Shown here in pieces: positions 43,036 through 52,638 of a stretch of 64,000 nt of DNA. Position 1 is the stretch's first letter. The number at the start of each line of letters is the position of its first letter. Location of the stretch: the NCBI GenBank assembly GCA_046330135.1, contig JAXLTI010000008.1, positions 10,302 to 74,301 of the forward strand, in the 5' to 3' direction. Both the position numbers and the translations under genes were made by a program. Source of the DNA: a bacterium (GTDB lineage Bacteria; ARS69). The notes below the pieces were generated by a model that made no database searches, was not told the origin of the DNA, and saw only the letters and a program-made list of their open reading frames with translations.

Positions 43036-43725
43036 CCCGGCGATCGCGCGACATCCGCACGCGCAGCCGTCGTCCAGCTCGCCGGCGGCGAGGCGCTCGA
43101 TGCGGGCGGCCGTGGTGGCGTCGAGCCGCCGGGCCGTGGCGTAGTCCTCGTAGTGGCTCAGATCGGAGCTCACCACGATCAGCGTCTCCGGCCCGCCCCA
43201 CAAGGCCTCGAGCGCCGCCGCCACCTCGTCCGGCCGGCCTTCGCCCACGAGCGCCGGCACGACCGCGAACTCCTCGAGCACGTGCTGAAGGAAGGGGAGC
43301 TGCACCTCCAGGCAGTGCTCGCGGGCGTGGGCGCGATCGTCGACGCTCACGAAGGGCAGCGCGGTCAGCGCGGACGTCGCGGCGTGATCCACGGGCACGT
43401 CGCCGAGCGGCGTGGCGAACGCGTCGTGGGAGGAGAGGGCCAGGCCGCGCACGAACGCGAAGTGCGTGGGCCCGAGCAGCACGACGCGCCGGATGACGTC
43501 GCGCGAGGCGGCCAGGCGAGCGTAGGCCGAAGCGGCGATGGGTCCGGAGTAGACGTAACCCGCGTGGGGCGCGATGAGCGCCTTCGGAGGCGCCGCCACG
43601 CCCACGTGCGCCTCGTGGCACGCGCCGGCGAGCAGCTCCGCCACGACGCGGCGCAGCTCTTCGCAGCTCGCGGGATAGAAGCTGCCCGCGACGGCAGGGG
43701 GTCTCGTGCGAGCCATCTGGGTCAT
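42916..43725 (-). CDS. Memo1-family protein (AmmeMemoRadiSam system protein B)
   Basis: AGSFYPA...LIAPHAGYVYSG...VVLLGPTH...REHCLEVQLPFLQ...IVVSSDLSHY...NSGDTAGSRDAVVGYGAW. ATG at 43725 (or 43716). The ORF-track start at 43818 is an extension. Confidence 0.85.
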   Translation of the reverse strand: MTQMARTRPPAVAGSFYPASCEELRRVVAELLAGACHEAHVGVAAPPKALIAPHAGYVYSGPIAASAYARLAASRDVIRRVVLLGPTHFAFVRGLALSSHDAFATPLGDVPVDHAATSALTALPFVSVDDRAHAREHCLEVQLPFLQHVLEEFAVVPALVGEGRPDEVAAALEALWGGPETLIVVSSDLSHYEDYATARRLDATTAARIERLAAGELDDGCACGCRAIAGLLVAAHRRGLASSTLDLRNSGDTAGSRDAVVGYGAWSLA

Positions 43726-43891
43726 CGCCGCGCGACAGCCTAGCAGATCGCCCCGCCGCGCTTCCAGACGCCGCGGCCTTCGGCTTTGATGACTTCGAGT
43801 CGCCCTCTGCGCCGTCAAAGCCCACCCCTTGGCCCGCGCCCGCCGCCGGGTCTATCTTGGTACGAGCCTCCGCAGCCCCGCGAGGACCTCG

Positions 43892-44974
43892 ATGGTCACC
43901 AGCATCGTCCCCACGAAGCACTGGCATGCGCTCCCCGACGGGCGCGTGCAATGCGACCTCTGCCCGCGCGGCTGCCGCCTGCACGAGGGACAGCGTGGCC
44001 TCTGCTTCGTGCGCGCTCGGCAAGACGACGCGATCGTCCTCACCACGTGGGGTCGCTCGAGCGGGTTCTGCGTGGATCCCATCGAGAAGAAGCCGCTGAA
44101 TCACTTCCTGCCCGGGACCGCCGTGCTGTCGTTCGGCACGGCCGGCTGCAATCTCGCCTGCAAGTTCTGCCAGAACTGGGACATCTCGAAGTCGCGCGAG
44201 ATCGACACGCTCGCGGACGGCGCCACGCCCGACGAGATCGCCGCCGCGGCCGTGCGCCTGGACTGCCGGAGCGTGGCCTTCACCTACAACGATCCCGTCG
44301 TGTTCCACGAATGGGCCATCGACGTGGCGCAGGCGTGCCGCACGCGCGGGCTGCGCACCGTCGCCGTGACCGCGGGCTACCAGAGCCCTGAGCCGCGCGC
44401 GGAGATGTACCGCTGGATCGACGCCGCGAACGTGGACCTGAAGGCGTTCACGGAGGACTTCTACTTCAAGGTCACGGGCGCGCACTTGCAACCCGTGCTC
44501 GAGACGCTCGAGTACCTGAGGCGAGAGACCGACGTCTGGCTGGAGATCACCACGCTCCTGATCCCCGGCCTGAACGACTCGGACGCGGAACTCGACGCGC
44601 TCGCCCGCTGGGTCGCCGAGAAGCTCGGAGTGGACGTGCCGCTCCATTTCACCGCGTTCCATCCGGACTGGAGGATGCTCGACGTCCCGTCCACGTCCCC
44701 GGCCGCGCTGACGCGCGCGCGGCGCCTCGCGCTCGCGAACGGGCTCCGCTACGTGTACACGGGGAACGTGCACGACGAGGAAGGCGGCAGCACCTTCTGT
44801 GCGAGCTGCGGTGCGAAGCTCATCGGGCGGGACTGGTATCACCTGACGGCCTGGAACCTGGACGGGGCCGGCCGCTGCTGCGCATGCGGCGCCGCCCTGC
44901 CGGGTGTCCTCGAGGCGCGCCCCGGGGGCTGGGGTCCGCGCCGGCAGCCGGTGAGGCTCGGCGGCGCCGAGTAG
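43892..44974 (+). CDS. AmmeMemoRadiSam-system radical SAM enzyme
   Basis: CNLACKFCQNW radical-SAM cluster motif. N-terminal CDLCPRGCRL...GLCFVR and C-terminal CASCGAKL...CCACGA Cys clusters typical of this family. ATG at 43892 with GAGGA SD. Divergent from the Memo gene across 166 bp. Confidence 0.85.
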   Translation: MVTSIVPTKHWHALPDGRVQCDLCPRGCRLHEGQRGLCFVRARQDDAIVLTTWGRSSGFCVDPIEKKPLNHFLPGTAVLSFGTAGCNLACKFCQNWDISKSREIDTLADGATPDEIAAAAVRLDCRSVAFTYNDPVVFHEWAIDVAQACRTRGLRTVAVTAGYQSPEPRAEMYRWIDAANVDLKAFTEDFYFKVTGAHLQPVLETLEYLRRETDVWLEITTLLIPGLNDSDAELDALARWVAEKLGVDVPLHFTAFHPDWRMLDVPSTSPAALTRARRLALANGLRYVYTGNVHDEEGGSTFCASCGAKLIGRDWYHLTAWNLDGAGRCCACGAALPGVLEARPGGWGPRRQPVRLGGAE

Positions 44975-45013
44975 GTCGCCTGCGCCGGCCTGTGCTAGGC
45001 TTCGCCGGTGAGC

Positions 45014-47800
45014 ATGGACGATCCGACGAGGTTCGGCGGGCCCCCCCCGGACAAGCGACACCGCCCCCGCCCCCGGCACCCGCTGGGCCCGCGGCCGTCG
45101 GATGCTCCGGGCGGCGACAGCCCCACCCTTCCCGCCCTGGGACCCGCGCTCCCGCCGGAGATCTTCGTCTCCGCCGCACCCGACGACGTCATCGGCAACT
45201 ACCGCCTCGTGGAGCGCATCGGCATGGGCGGCATGGGCGAGGTCTGGATCGCCGACCAGGTACGACCCGTCCGCCGGCGCGTCGCGCTGAAGCTGATCCG
45301 CTCGGGCATGAGCACCGGGCAGTTCATCGCGCGCTTCGAGGCCGAGCGGCAGGCGCTCGCCCTGATGGATCATCCGAACATCGCGAAGGTGCTCGACGCC
45401 GGCGCCACCGATCGCGGGCTCCCCTACTTCGTGATGGAGTACGTGCCGGGCGTCCCCATCACGCAGTACTGCGTGGAGAACGCGCTCGACCCGCGCGAGC
45501 GGCTGCGGCTCTTCGCGCAGGCGTGCGACGGCGTCCAGCACGCGCACGAGAAGGCGATCATCCACCGGGACATCAAGCCGTCGAACGTGCTCGTGACCAC
45601 GATCGACGGCCGGCCCGTGCCGAAGATCATCGACTTCGGCGTGGCCAAGGCGCTCGAGCAGCCGCTCACGGACACCGCGATGTACACGCAGGCGGGCGCG
45701 CTGGTCGGCACGCTCGAGTACATGAGCCCCGAGCAGCTGGACCTCTCGGGCAACGTCGATACGCGCACCGACGTCTACTCGCTCGGCGTCCTCCTCTACG
45801 AGCTGCTCGTGGGCGCGCTGCCCTTCGACGTGAAGGACATCCCCACGACCGGGCTCGACGAGTTCCGCCGCAAGGTCCGCGAGGACGAGCCCGTCCGTCC
45901 GAGCACGCGCGTGACGCGCCTGGGCGGGGCCGCGGCGGCCGGGGCGCGCGCGGAACAGGTGGCAGCCGCGGGATGGCGTCGCCTCCTGAAAGGCGAGCTC
46001 GACTGGATCGTGATGAAGGCGCTCGAGAAGGAGCGCGCGCGGCGGTACGGGACGCCGCGCGAGCTGGCGGCGGACATCGAGCGCTATCTGCACAACGAGC
46101 CGGTGATCGCCGCCCCGCCGGGCCACGTGTACCGCATGCGGAAGTTCGTGCGGCGCCATTGGGCGGGGGTAGCGCTCGCCTCGCTCGGCCTCGTCACCAT
46201 CCTGCTCACCGTGGGCGGGCTCTGGTACGGCCTCCAGCGCGCGCATCGCGCCGAAGCGGACGCCCAGCGCGAGGCCGCCAAGGCGAAGGCGGTGAACTCC
46301 TTCCTGCAGGACATGCTGGCGTCGGCGAGCCCGGAGCAAACGCAAGGCCGCGAGCTCACGGTGCGCGAGATGCTGGACGAGGCGGCGGCCCACGGTGACT
46401 CCTCCCTGGCGGGACAGTGGGACCTCCAGGCCGCGGTGCGCGCCACGATCGGCAACACGTACGAAGCGCTCGGGCTCTTCGACAAGGCGGCCGCCCACCT
46501 CGAGGCGGCCCTCGATCTCCGGAAGAAGCACCTGTCCCCGGACGATCGCGAAGTGGCGCAGAGCCTGCACGACCTCGGGAAGCTCCGCTGGGAGGCGAGC
46601 GATTTGCCGGGGGCGGAGAAGCTGATGGAGCAGGCCCTCGCGATCTACCGGCGCCATCCCGGCGACGCCGACCAGCAGATCGCGCTGTGTCTGAACGACC
46701 TCGGCGTGGTCTACCAGAGCAACGGCGACCTCGGCAAGGCGGAGACCGCCTTCCGGAGCGCGCTCGACACCCAGCGCAAGCTGCACCCCGGGGAGAGCAC
46801 GGATGTCACCGACGCGATGAACAACCTCGCGTGGGTGCTGCGCGGCGAAGGCCACGTCGACGAGGCCGAGCGGATCCTCCGCGACGCGCTGGCCACGAAC
46901 CGGAAGCTGCTCGGCGCGCGACACCCGTCCGTGCTCGCGTCCGAGGTGAACTTCGCCGCGGCGCTCCAGCAGCAGCGCGAGTACAAGGACGCGGAGTCCC
47001 TCTACCGCGAAGCCATCGACGGCATGCGCACCGTCCTCGGCTCCGACCACCCGAACACGCTGCGCGCGCAGACCGCGCTCGGCGAGATGTACCTGGATCT
47101 CGGTCGCGGCGACGACGCGGAGCCCGTGGTGAACGAGGCGCTGGCCAGCGCGGAGAAGACGCTCGGGCCGGATCACGCGGTCACGATCCGCCTCCTCGCC
47201 GACCTGGGTTGGGTGCATCGCGTGCGCGGCGATCTCGCGCAATCCGAGGCCGACTATCGCGAAGTGCTCGCCCGCCGCGCTCGCACGCTCGGCCCGGACA
47301 ACCCCGACACGATCCGCGCGCGCTGGCAGCTCGCGCGCGCGCTCGTGGATCGCGGTCGGTGCGCGGAGGGCGAGCGGCTGGCCCGCGAAGCGCTGGCCGC
47401 GAGCCGTCGCGCGACTCCGGCAGGACCGGAGAACACCTCGCAGAGCCTGCTCTTCCTCGGGACGGCGCTCCTCGGCCAGAAGAAGCCCGCGGACGCCGAG
47501 CGCGCGCTCCGCGAGTGCGTGGAGCTGCGCAGCACGCCGCCCGCGGCCGAGACCTGGGACACCGCGTACGCGCGGAACGCCCTCGGCGCGGCCCTGGCAG
47601 CGCAGGGCCGATTCGCGGAGGCGGAGTCGCTTCTCGTGGCGAGCGGCGAAGCGCTGGCGAAGCTGGCCGCGCCGCACGACCGGCTCCGCGAAGCGCTCTC
47701 CCGAGTCGTCGCCTACTACGAAACCCGGGAGGCCGCCGACCCCGAAGCCAGGTCGGCTCGTCGCTCCGCCCACTGGCGCGATCTCCTGGCCAAGCTCTGA
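45014..47800 (+). CDS. Ser/Thr protein kinase with TM segment and TPR repeats (third paralog, no adjacent sigma)
   Basis: GMGGMGEVWIA, VALKLIR, HRDIKPSNV, DFG, SPEQ. A TM helix (WAGVALASLGLVTILLTVGGLWY) is followed by TPRs. Starts 40 bp after the radical SAM gene. Confidence 0.8.
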   Translation: MDDPTRFGGPPPDKRHRPRPRHPLGPRPSDAPGGDSPTLPALGPALPPEIFVSAAPDDVIGNYRLVERIGMGGMGEVWIADQVRPVRRRVALKLIRSGMSTGQFIARFEAERQALALMDHPNIAKVLDAGATDRGLPYFVMEYVPGVPITQYCVENALDPRERLRLFAQACDGVQHAHEKAIIHRDIKPSNVLVTTIDGRPVPKIIDFGVAKALEQPLTDTAMYTQAGALVGTLEYMSPEQLDLSGNVDTRTDVYSLGVLLYELLVGALPFDVKDIPTTGLDEFRRKVREDEPVRPSTRVTRLGGAAAAGARAEQVAAAGWRRLLKGELDWIVMKALEKERARRYGTPRELAADIERYLHNEPVIAAPPGHVYRMRKFVRRHWAGVALASLGLVTILLTVGGLWYGLQRAHRAEADAQREAAKAKAVNSFLQDMLASASPEQTQGRELTVREMLDEAAAHGDSSLAGQWDLQAAVRATIGNTYEALGLFDKAAAHLEAALDLRKKHLSPDDREVAQSLHDLGKLRWEASDLPGAEKLMEQALAIYRRHPGDADQQIALCLNDLGVVYQSNGDLGKAETAFRSALDTQRKLHPGESTDVTDAMNNLAWVLRGEGHVDEAERILRDALATNRKLLGARHPSVLASEVNFAAALQQQREYKDAESLYREAIDGMRTVLGSDHPNTLRAQTALGEMYLDLGRGDDAEPVVNEALASAEKTLGPDHAVTIRLLADLGWVHRVRGDLAQSEADYREVLARRARTLGPDNPDTIRARWQLARALVDRGRCAEGERLAREALAASRRATPAGPENTSQSLLFLGTALLGQKKPADAERALRECVELRSTPPAAETWDTAYARNALGAALAAQGRFAEAESLLVASGEALAKLAAPHDRLREALSRVVAYYETREAADPEARSARRSAHWRDLLAKL

Positions 47801-47893
47801 GCACCTTGCGGCACCCGACGCCGTCGCGTTACTGTGGACACCGTCTCGGCGGTGCAGCCGCCGACCCCCTTCCTTCTCCCCGTCGAGGTCCTC

Positions 47894-48451
47894 ATGCGCC
47901 GACTCCTCCGCCTCGCACCCTGCCTCGCGTTCGTCCTCGCCGGGACGGCCCGCGCCGGCGTCGTCACGGTCCCTTACGACTTCCTGCCGCGGACCTGCCC
48001 GAACTACTTCCGGCCGCCTCACGAGACGGCGGTCGGGGATACCGTCCCCACGGCCATCCTCGGAACGGCCGACCTCGACGTCCGTATCCTGCGGCAGAGC
48101 TCGCTCGTGCTCATCGTGCCGGGCGGCGGCGGATTGCTCGGCGAGAGCACCACGCTCAAGCCCATCGGGTTCTTCTTCAAGGACGTCGCCCGGCCGGTGG
48201 ACGACCCCACGAACTGCAAGTGCACGGGCGAAGGCGCCGACGGCTACGAGGACCTCGTGGCGCTGTTCGACGCGGAGGATCTCGGGAAGGCGCTGAAGGA
48301 CGCGCACGACGGGGACCGCATCCCGGTCTGCATGGAGGGCGCCTTCGAGGACGAGACCAAGCTCCAGGGCTGCGATTGCATCTTCGTGCAGCTCGGGCCG
48401 CTCGCCGTCGACTCGGACACGTGGGGGCGCGTGAAGGCGACGTACCGGTAG
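47894..48451 (+). CDS. hypothetical secreted Cys-containing protein
   Basis: Signal peptide MRRLLRLAPCLAFVLAGTARAG. No family recognised. High GC3. Confidence 0.45.
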   Translation: MRRLLRLAPCLAFVLAGTARAGVVTVPYDFLPRTCPNYFRPPHETAVGDTVPTAILGTADLDVRILRQSSLVLIVPGGGGLLGESTTLKPIGFFFKDVARPVDDPTNCKCTGEGADGYEDLVALFDAEDLGKALKDAHDGDRIPVCMEGAFEDETKLQGCDCIFVQLGPLAVDSDTWGRVKATYR

Positions 48452-48461
48452 GAACCGCGGA

Positions 48462-49937
48462 TCAGCCCGGCACGTTCACGAACGCGCGCAGGGCGAGCAG
48501 CACCAGGAGCTGACCCGTCGCGAGCGGAAGGACGCCGGCCGCGTCGCGTGACGCGGCGCCGCCGGCCGCCGCCGCCGCGAGGGGCATCAGGAACATCCAG
48601 ACGCGGCCGGTCTCTCCGAGGATGGTTCCGGAGAGATCGAGCGCCACGACGCCCGCCAGCAGCGCGATCCCGAACGGGATCTCCACCGACGGCTTCGCCC
48701 GCCCGAACAGCTCCTTCAGCTCCCCCGGCACGCGGGCGAGCCAGGCGACCACGAGCGGCGGTCCCAGGAAGAGCGCGAAGTCCCAGAGGTTCCAGCGCAC
48801 CCACGTGGAGTAGTCGCGGTGGTGCACGAGCCCCTGCACCACCTGCGCCGCCCGGAAGCACTCGCGCGTGACGCTCGGCCAATCCAGCCCGCCCCAGGCC
48901 GCCGCGCCGGGCACGGCCGCGAAACCTGCGAGCGCGGCGATGGCGAGGCTGACGGTGCGGATCGGCGTGGGCATCGGCGCGCCGCGGCGCGCCGCCAGCA
49001 CCACCATGCCGGCGAACGCGATCCCCCAGGCGAGCAGGGCGGCGAACGTCGTGAGCGAGACGAGAACGGCCGCACCCGCGAAGAGCCCTGCGCCGAGCGC
49101 GCAGGCCGCCGCCCAGGGTCGGCTCGCGTAGCGCATCGCCTCCGTGAGGAACGCCGCCGACGTCAGCGTCAGCAAGAGCAGGAGATGGTCGGTCTCCGGA
49201 GTGAACAGGAGGAAGCTCGGCACCGTGCCCATGAGCAGCACCGCGGCCGCCACCGTGGCCGGGTCTCCGCGCCCGCCTGCGAGGACGATCAGCGGAAGGA
49301 CCGTGAGTGCCCCGATCGCGAGCAAGAGCCACCCCGCCACGAACGCTCCCGCGCGCTCCCCGTCCGATTGGCGGAGATTGCTCTCCGGCACGCCCCCGAG
49401 CCGGTCCGCGAGCGCGAGGATCCGTTCGGGCCGCCCGGCCTTCGACGCCCAGAGGTCCACCGCGTCGAAGAAGAGGACGCGCCCCGGCGGTTGCGAGGCG
49501 CCGTGGACGGGGAAGGTCCGCTGCAGCCTCGGGTACTCGCGCAGGAGCTGGCGCACCTCGCCGACGTCGCGGGCGATCCAATGATAGGTGGTGAACGAAG
49601 GATCGATCACGCGACGCGGGATGTTCGACAGGCCGCCGGGCTCGATCGCGGTCAACGTGACCATCTGCGCGAAGATCACCACGACCGCCGCCACGAGGAG
49701 CGGGAAGCGCGCGCGGTTCGGCCGTGCGCCCCACGCGCGACGGATCCCGCCGGCAACGAGCACGAGCAGGACGAAAAGCCCCACGACGAGGAGCAGCCCC
49801 GGCCAGGCCCCGAGCACGCGACGTCCCCATCGCCAGCTCTCCGGTCCGCGGATCGCCGGCCAGACGTCGAGGGCCAGAAGCGCCGACGTGGCCAGCCCGG
49901 CCAGCAGCGCGATCGCCGGCACGCGCGACGTCTTCAC
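48462..49937 (-). CDS. polytopic integral membrane protein (unknown function), 4th gene of the CHAT operon
   Basis: GTG at 49937 with perfect GGAGGAAG SD 7 nt upstream. The start overlaps the GT39 stop (GTGA). It has 10 or more TM helices with one large periplasmic loop. The ORF-track extends it to 51488 in an overlapping frame. Confidence 0.65.
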   Translation of the reverse strand: MKTSRVPAIALLAGLATSALLALDVWPAIRGPESWRWGRRVLGAWPGLLLVVGLFVLLVLVAGGIRRAWGARPNRARFPLLVAAVVVIFAQMVTLTAIEPGGLSNIPRRVIDPSFTTYHWIARDVGEVRQLLREYPRLQRTFPVHGASQPPGRVLFFDAVDLWASKAGRPERILALADRLGGVPESNLRQSDGERAGAFVAGWLLLAIGALTVLPLIVLAGGRGDPATVAAAVLLMGTVPSFLLFTPETDHLLLLLTLTSAAFLTEAMRYASRPWAAACALGAGLFAGAAVLVSLTTFAALLAWGIAFAGMVVLAARRGAPMPTPIRTVSLAIAALAGFAAVPGAAAWGGLDWPSVTRECFRAAQVVQGLVHHRDYSTWVRWNLWDFALFLGPPLVVAWLARVPGELKELFGRAKPSVEIPFGIALLAGVVALDLSGTILGETGRVWMFLMPLAAAAAGGAASRDAAGVLPLATGQLLVLLALRAFVNVPG

Positions 49938-51559
49938 TTGCGCTTCCTCCAGATCTCGACGCGCGGATGATCGAACACGCGGAAGAGCACCTCCGCCCCA
50001 TCGTCCTTCCATGACCATCGACCGAGCGCAGGGTAGCTCTTGAACTCGGCGACCTTCTCGAAGGCGAGCCGCCCGGCGTCGAGATCGCGGTAGAACGCGG
50101 CCTCCACCGGCCGGAGCTCCGGCGCGGCGGTGAACTCCGCGCGGTGCCCCTCCGAGAGCGCGAGCCAATCCGAGCGGTCGAGGACGTCCTGCAGGCGACG
50201 GCGGCGCTCGCTCTCCTCCAGATGCTCGTGGATCTGGTAGAAGCCGCGCCAGAGAATCTCGACGTTCATCGGCGGCCGCGTCAGGAGCGGGGTCGGCGAG
50301 CCGATCGGCGGGCCGTAGCCCGGCGGGTCCTCGATGCCCACGACCTCGCGCGGCCCCACGTGGTCGTCGAGCCAGCGCGCGGCGGCCACGCGCGCGTCGG
50401 GCGCGGCGTAGATCGCGGTGAAGGCCGCGCCCTGCAGGATCACCGCCGCGGAGACGGCGGCCGCCAGCGTGGCGCGCGCGGGCGGCGCCAGCCGAGCCGT
50501 CAGCGCGGCGAGCCCCTCCGCCGCGAGCACGGCGAGGGCGGGCAGGGCCGGAACGAGGAAGCGCACCGTCTTCAGGTGCGCCGCGAAGAGCAGAAGGAGA
50601 AGCGGCGCGGCCACGAGGAGCAGGCGCACGTCGCGCGCCGCGCGGCGCCGGAAGAGCGCCGCGAGCCCCACGAGCGCGAGCGCTTCGGGAAGAACGCCTG
50701 CCGCGTACGGCAGGAGCTTCCGCGCCTCGGTGAGCACCGGAACGTCGTGCGCGTAGGGCAGAGTCCAGTCGTGGAAGTCCCGCGAGAAGGCGCGGTGCAG
50801 GTTCCCGGCGAGGGTCGTGTGCTCGCCCGTGTCCGCGCCCGCGCTTCCTCCGAGAAGCAGCGTGGGATTCACCACGAAGACGACGGCGGCCGCGACCAGA
50901 GCGATCAGCGCGAGACGCGCGCCGCGTCCGACCCTCTCTCCCCACGCCGCGTGCGCGATCGGCAACGCGAGGACCGCGCCCGGCGCCTTCACGGACGTCG
51001 CGATCCCGAGGAGGAGACCCGCGCGCGCAGCCCGCCCCCACGTGGGCCGCTCCGCGAGTCGCTCCGCCCAGAGCATGCCCGCCGCGATCGCCGCCACGAG
51101 GAGAGACTCCACCGTGCCGAAGTGCCCCGCCTGCACGAGCGCCGGAAACCCCGCGACCATCGCCGCCGCCACGAGCGACGTGGCCGGCCCGAAGCGTCGC
51201 GCCCAGAGGCCGGTGAACACCACGGCGAGGGCCCCGGCAAGCGCAGAGATCCACCGGGCGAGAAGCGCGGTCGCCGCGAACTCGTCGCCGTAGGCGGGCG
51301 GGCCGGTCCCCGCCGCGACGTGGAGGAACAGCCTCCGCGCGAGGACCAAGAGCCAGAGCGGCAGGATCCCGTACGAGGTGATGCCGGGATCCGGCAGCCC
51401 GCCGCTCTCGAGGCTGCGCTCCAGTCGAATCGCCTTCGCGCAGACGAAGAGCCGCTCGTCGATGTGCAACGTCCAGGGAAGGCCCCACGCCAGCCCGCGC
51501 ACGCGGAGCGCGAGGCCGATCAGCGCGAGCGCGCCGAGGAAGAAGGCATGGCGTCGCAC
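49934..51559 (-). CDS. GT39/GT83-family (PMT/ArnT-like) polyprenyl-phosphate-sugar-dependent glycosyltransferase
   Basis: GTG at 51559 (VRRHAFFLGALALIGLALRVRGLAWGLPWTLHIDERLFVCAKA...), matching the N-terminal loop with D-E of PMT/ArnT-type enzymes. Multi-TM with a C-terminal soluble domain. Starts 1 nt after the dipeptidase stop. Confidence 0.7.
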   Translation of the reverse strand: MRRHAFFLGALALIGLALRVRGLAWGLPWTLHIDERLFVCAKAIRLERSLESGGLPDPGITSYGILPLWLLVLARRLFLHVAAGTGPPAYGDEFAATALLARWISALAGALAVVFTGLWARRFGPATSLVAAAMVAGFPALVQAGHFGTVESLLVAAIAAGMLWAERLAERPTWGRAARAGLLLGIATSVKAPGAVLALPIAHAAWGERVGRGARLALIALVAAAVVFVVNPTLLLGGSAGADTGEHTTLAGNLHRAFSRDFHDWTLPYAHDVPVLTEARKLLPYAAGVLPEALALVGLAALFRRRAARDVRLLLVAAPLLLLLFAAHLKTVRFLVPALPALAVLAAEGLAALTARLAPPARATLAAAVSAAVILQGAAFTAIYAAPDARVAAARWLDDHVGPREVVGIEDPPGYGPPIGSPTPLLTRPPMNVEILWRGFYQIHEHLEESERRRRLQDVLDRSDWLALSEGHRAEFTAAPELRPVEAAFYRDLDAGRLAFEKVAEFKSYPALGRWSWKDDGAEVLFRVFDHPRVEIWRKRK

Positions 51560-51560
51560 G

Positions 51561-52634
51561 TCATACCGGGGGAAGAGAGCGCGCAAGGAAGCGGATCCAG
51601 TTGCCGCCGAGGATGCCGTGGATCGCCTCGTCCGGGAAGGCGAGATCCGCGAGCGCGTCGGCGAGGCGCGGGAGGTCGGCGATCGTGTCGAGACCCACGG
51701 GCGCCGCCTCCGCACCGAAGCCGCCGTCGAAGTCGCTGCCGATCGCCACGACGTCCGCGGTGCCCGCGACCTGCGCCACGTGCTGGATGGCGTCCGCGAC
51801 CCGCGAGAGCGGCACGGCCGGCCGCCCGCGATCCGCCCAGCCTTCCACGAGGAGACGGTTGAAGGGGACGACCCCCATGACCCCGCCGCGTTCCGCAAGC
51901 CGGCGGATCATCTCGTCCGAGAGCTGCCGGTCCCCCGGGCAGAGCGCGCGCGGGTTCGAGTGCGACGCGATCACCGGGCCTTCGGACAGATCGAGCGCCT
52001 CGAAGAAGGACTCCTCGGCCGCGTGCGAGAGGTCGAGGATGAGACCGGCCTCGCCCAGCGCGGGCACGAGGCGCCGGCCTTCCGGCGTGAGCGGCCCCGG
52101 CGCGCCGGTTCCTCCCGCGTAGCGCGTCCGTCGCCACGCGAGCCCCACGATGCGCACGCCGCGCTCGAGCCACTCCGCCACGTCGTCGATCTCGCGGATG
52201 GGATCCGCGCCTTCCATGAGGGGAACGAGACCCACCGAGCCCGTGGCGCCGTCCTTCCACCCCTCGAGCACCGCCTCGAGATCCGCGCGGGTGCCGATCA
52301 GCCGGAAGCCGCTCTCGGCGTCCTCCGCGAGCCGGCGATAGAAGTCCATCTGGAGCGCGCCGAGCTGCGCGGCCTCCGCGGACGTGCCGTAGCTGACCGC
52401 GGACGGGTTCCCGCCCTCGATCCCCGCGGATTCCGGCGCGAGGAAGATCGTGGAGAAGACGACGCCCACGCGGCCCCGGCGCAGCTCCGGCAGCCCCACC
52501 ATGCACGCGCCGCGCCAGCGCTCGTGCGCCTTCTCCCCTTCGCGAGCGCGCGTCACGAGCGCGGAGTCGCGCGGGTCGCGGCCGAAGCAGAAGTGGTTGA
52601 ACGCGACGTCGATGTGTCCGTCGACGAGGATCAT
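51561..52634 (-). CDS. M19-family membrane dipeptidase (renal dipeptidase-like)
   Basis: MILVDGHIDVAFN..., SHSNPRALC and GSDFDGG metal-ligand motifs. Confidence 0.85.
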   Translation of the reverse strand: MILVDGHIDVAFNHFCFGRDPRDSALVTRAREGEKAHERWRGACMVGLPELRRGRVGVVFSTIFLAPESAGIEGGNPSAVSYGTSAEAAQLGALQMDFYRRLAEDAESGFRLIGTRADLEAVLEGWKDGATGSVGLVPLMEGADPIREIDDVAEWLERGVRIVGLAWRRTRYAGGTGAPGPLTPEGRRLVPALGEAGLILDLSHAAEESFFEALDLSEGPVIASHSNPRALCPGDRQLSDEMIRRLAERGGVMGVVPFNRLLVEGWADRGRPAVPLSRVADAIQHVAQVAGTADVVAIGSDFDGGFGAEAAPVGLDTIADLPRLADALADLAFPDEAIHGILGGNWIRFLARSLPPV

Positions 52635-52638
52635 GAGG

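Noticed and set aside
42827-48307. 1,826-aa minus ORF
   Set aside because: Runs antisense across Memo-adjacent genes, the radical SAM gene and the kinase. It is one long stop-free antisense frame, common in high-GC genomes. No domains.
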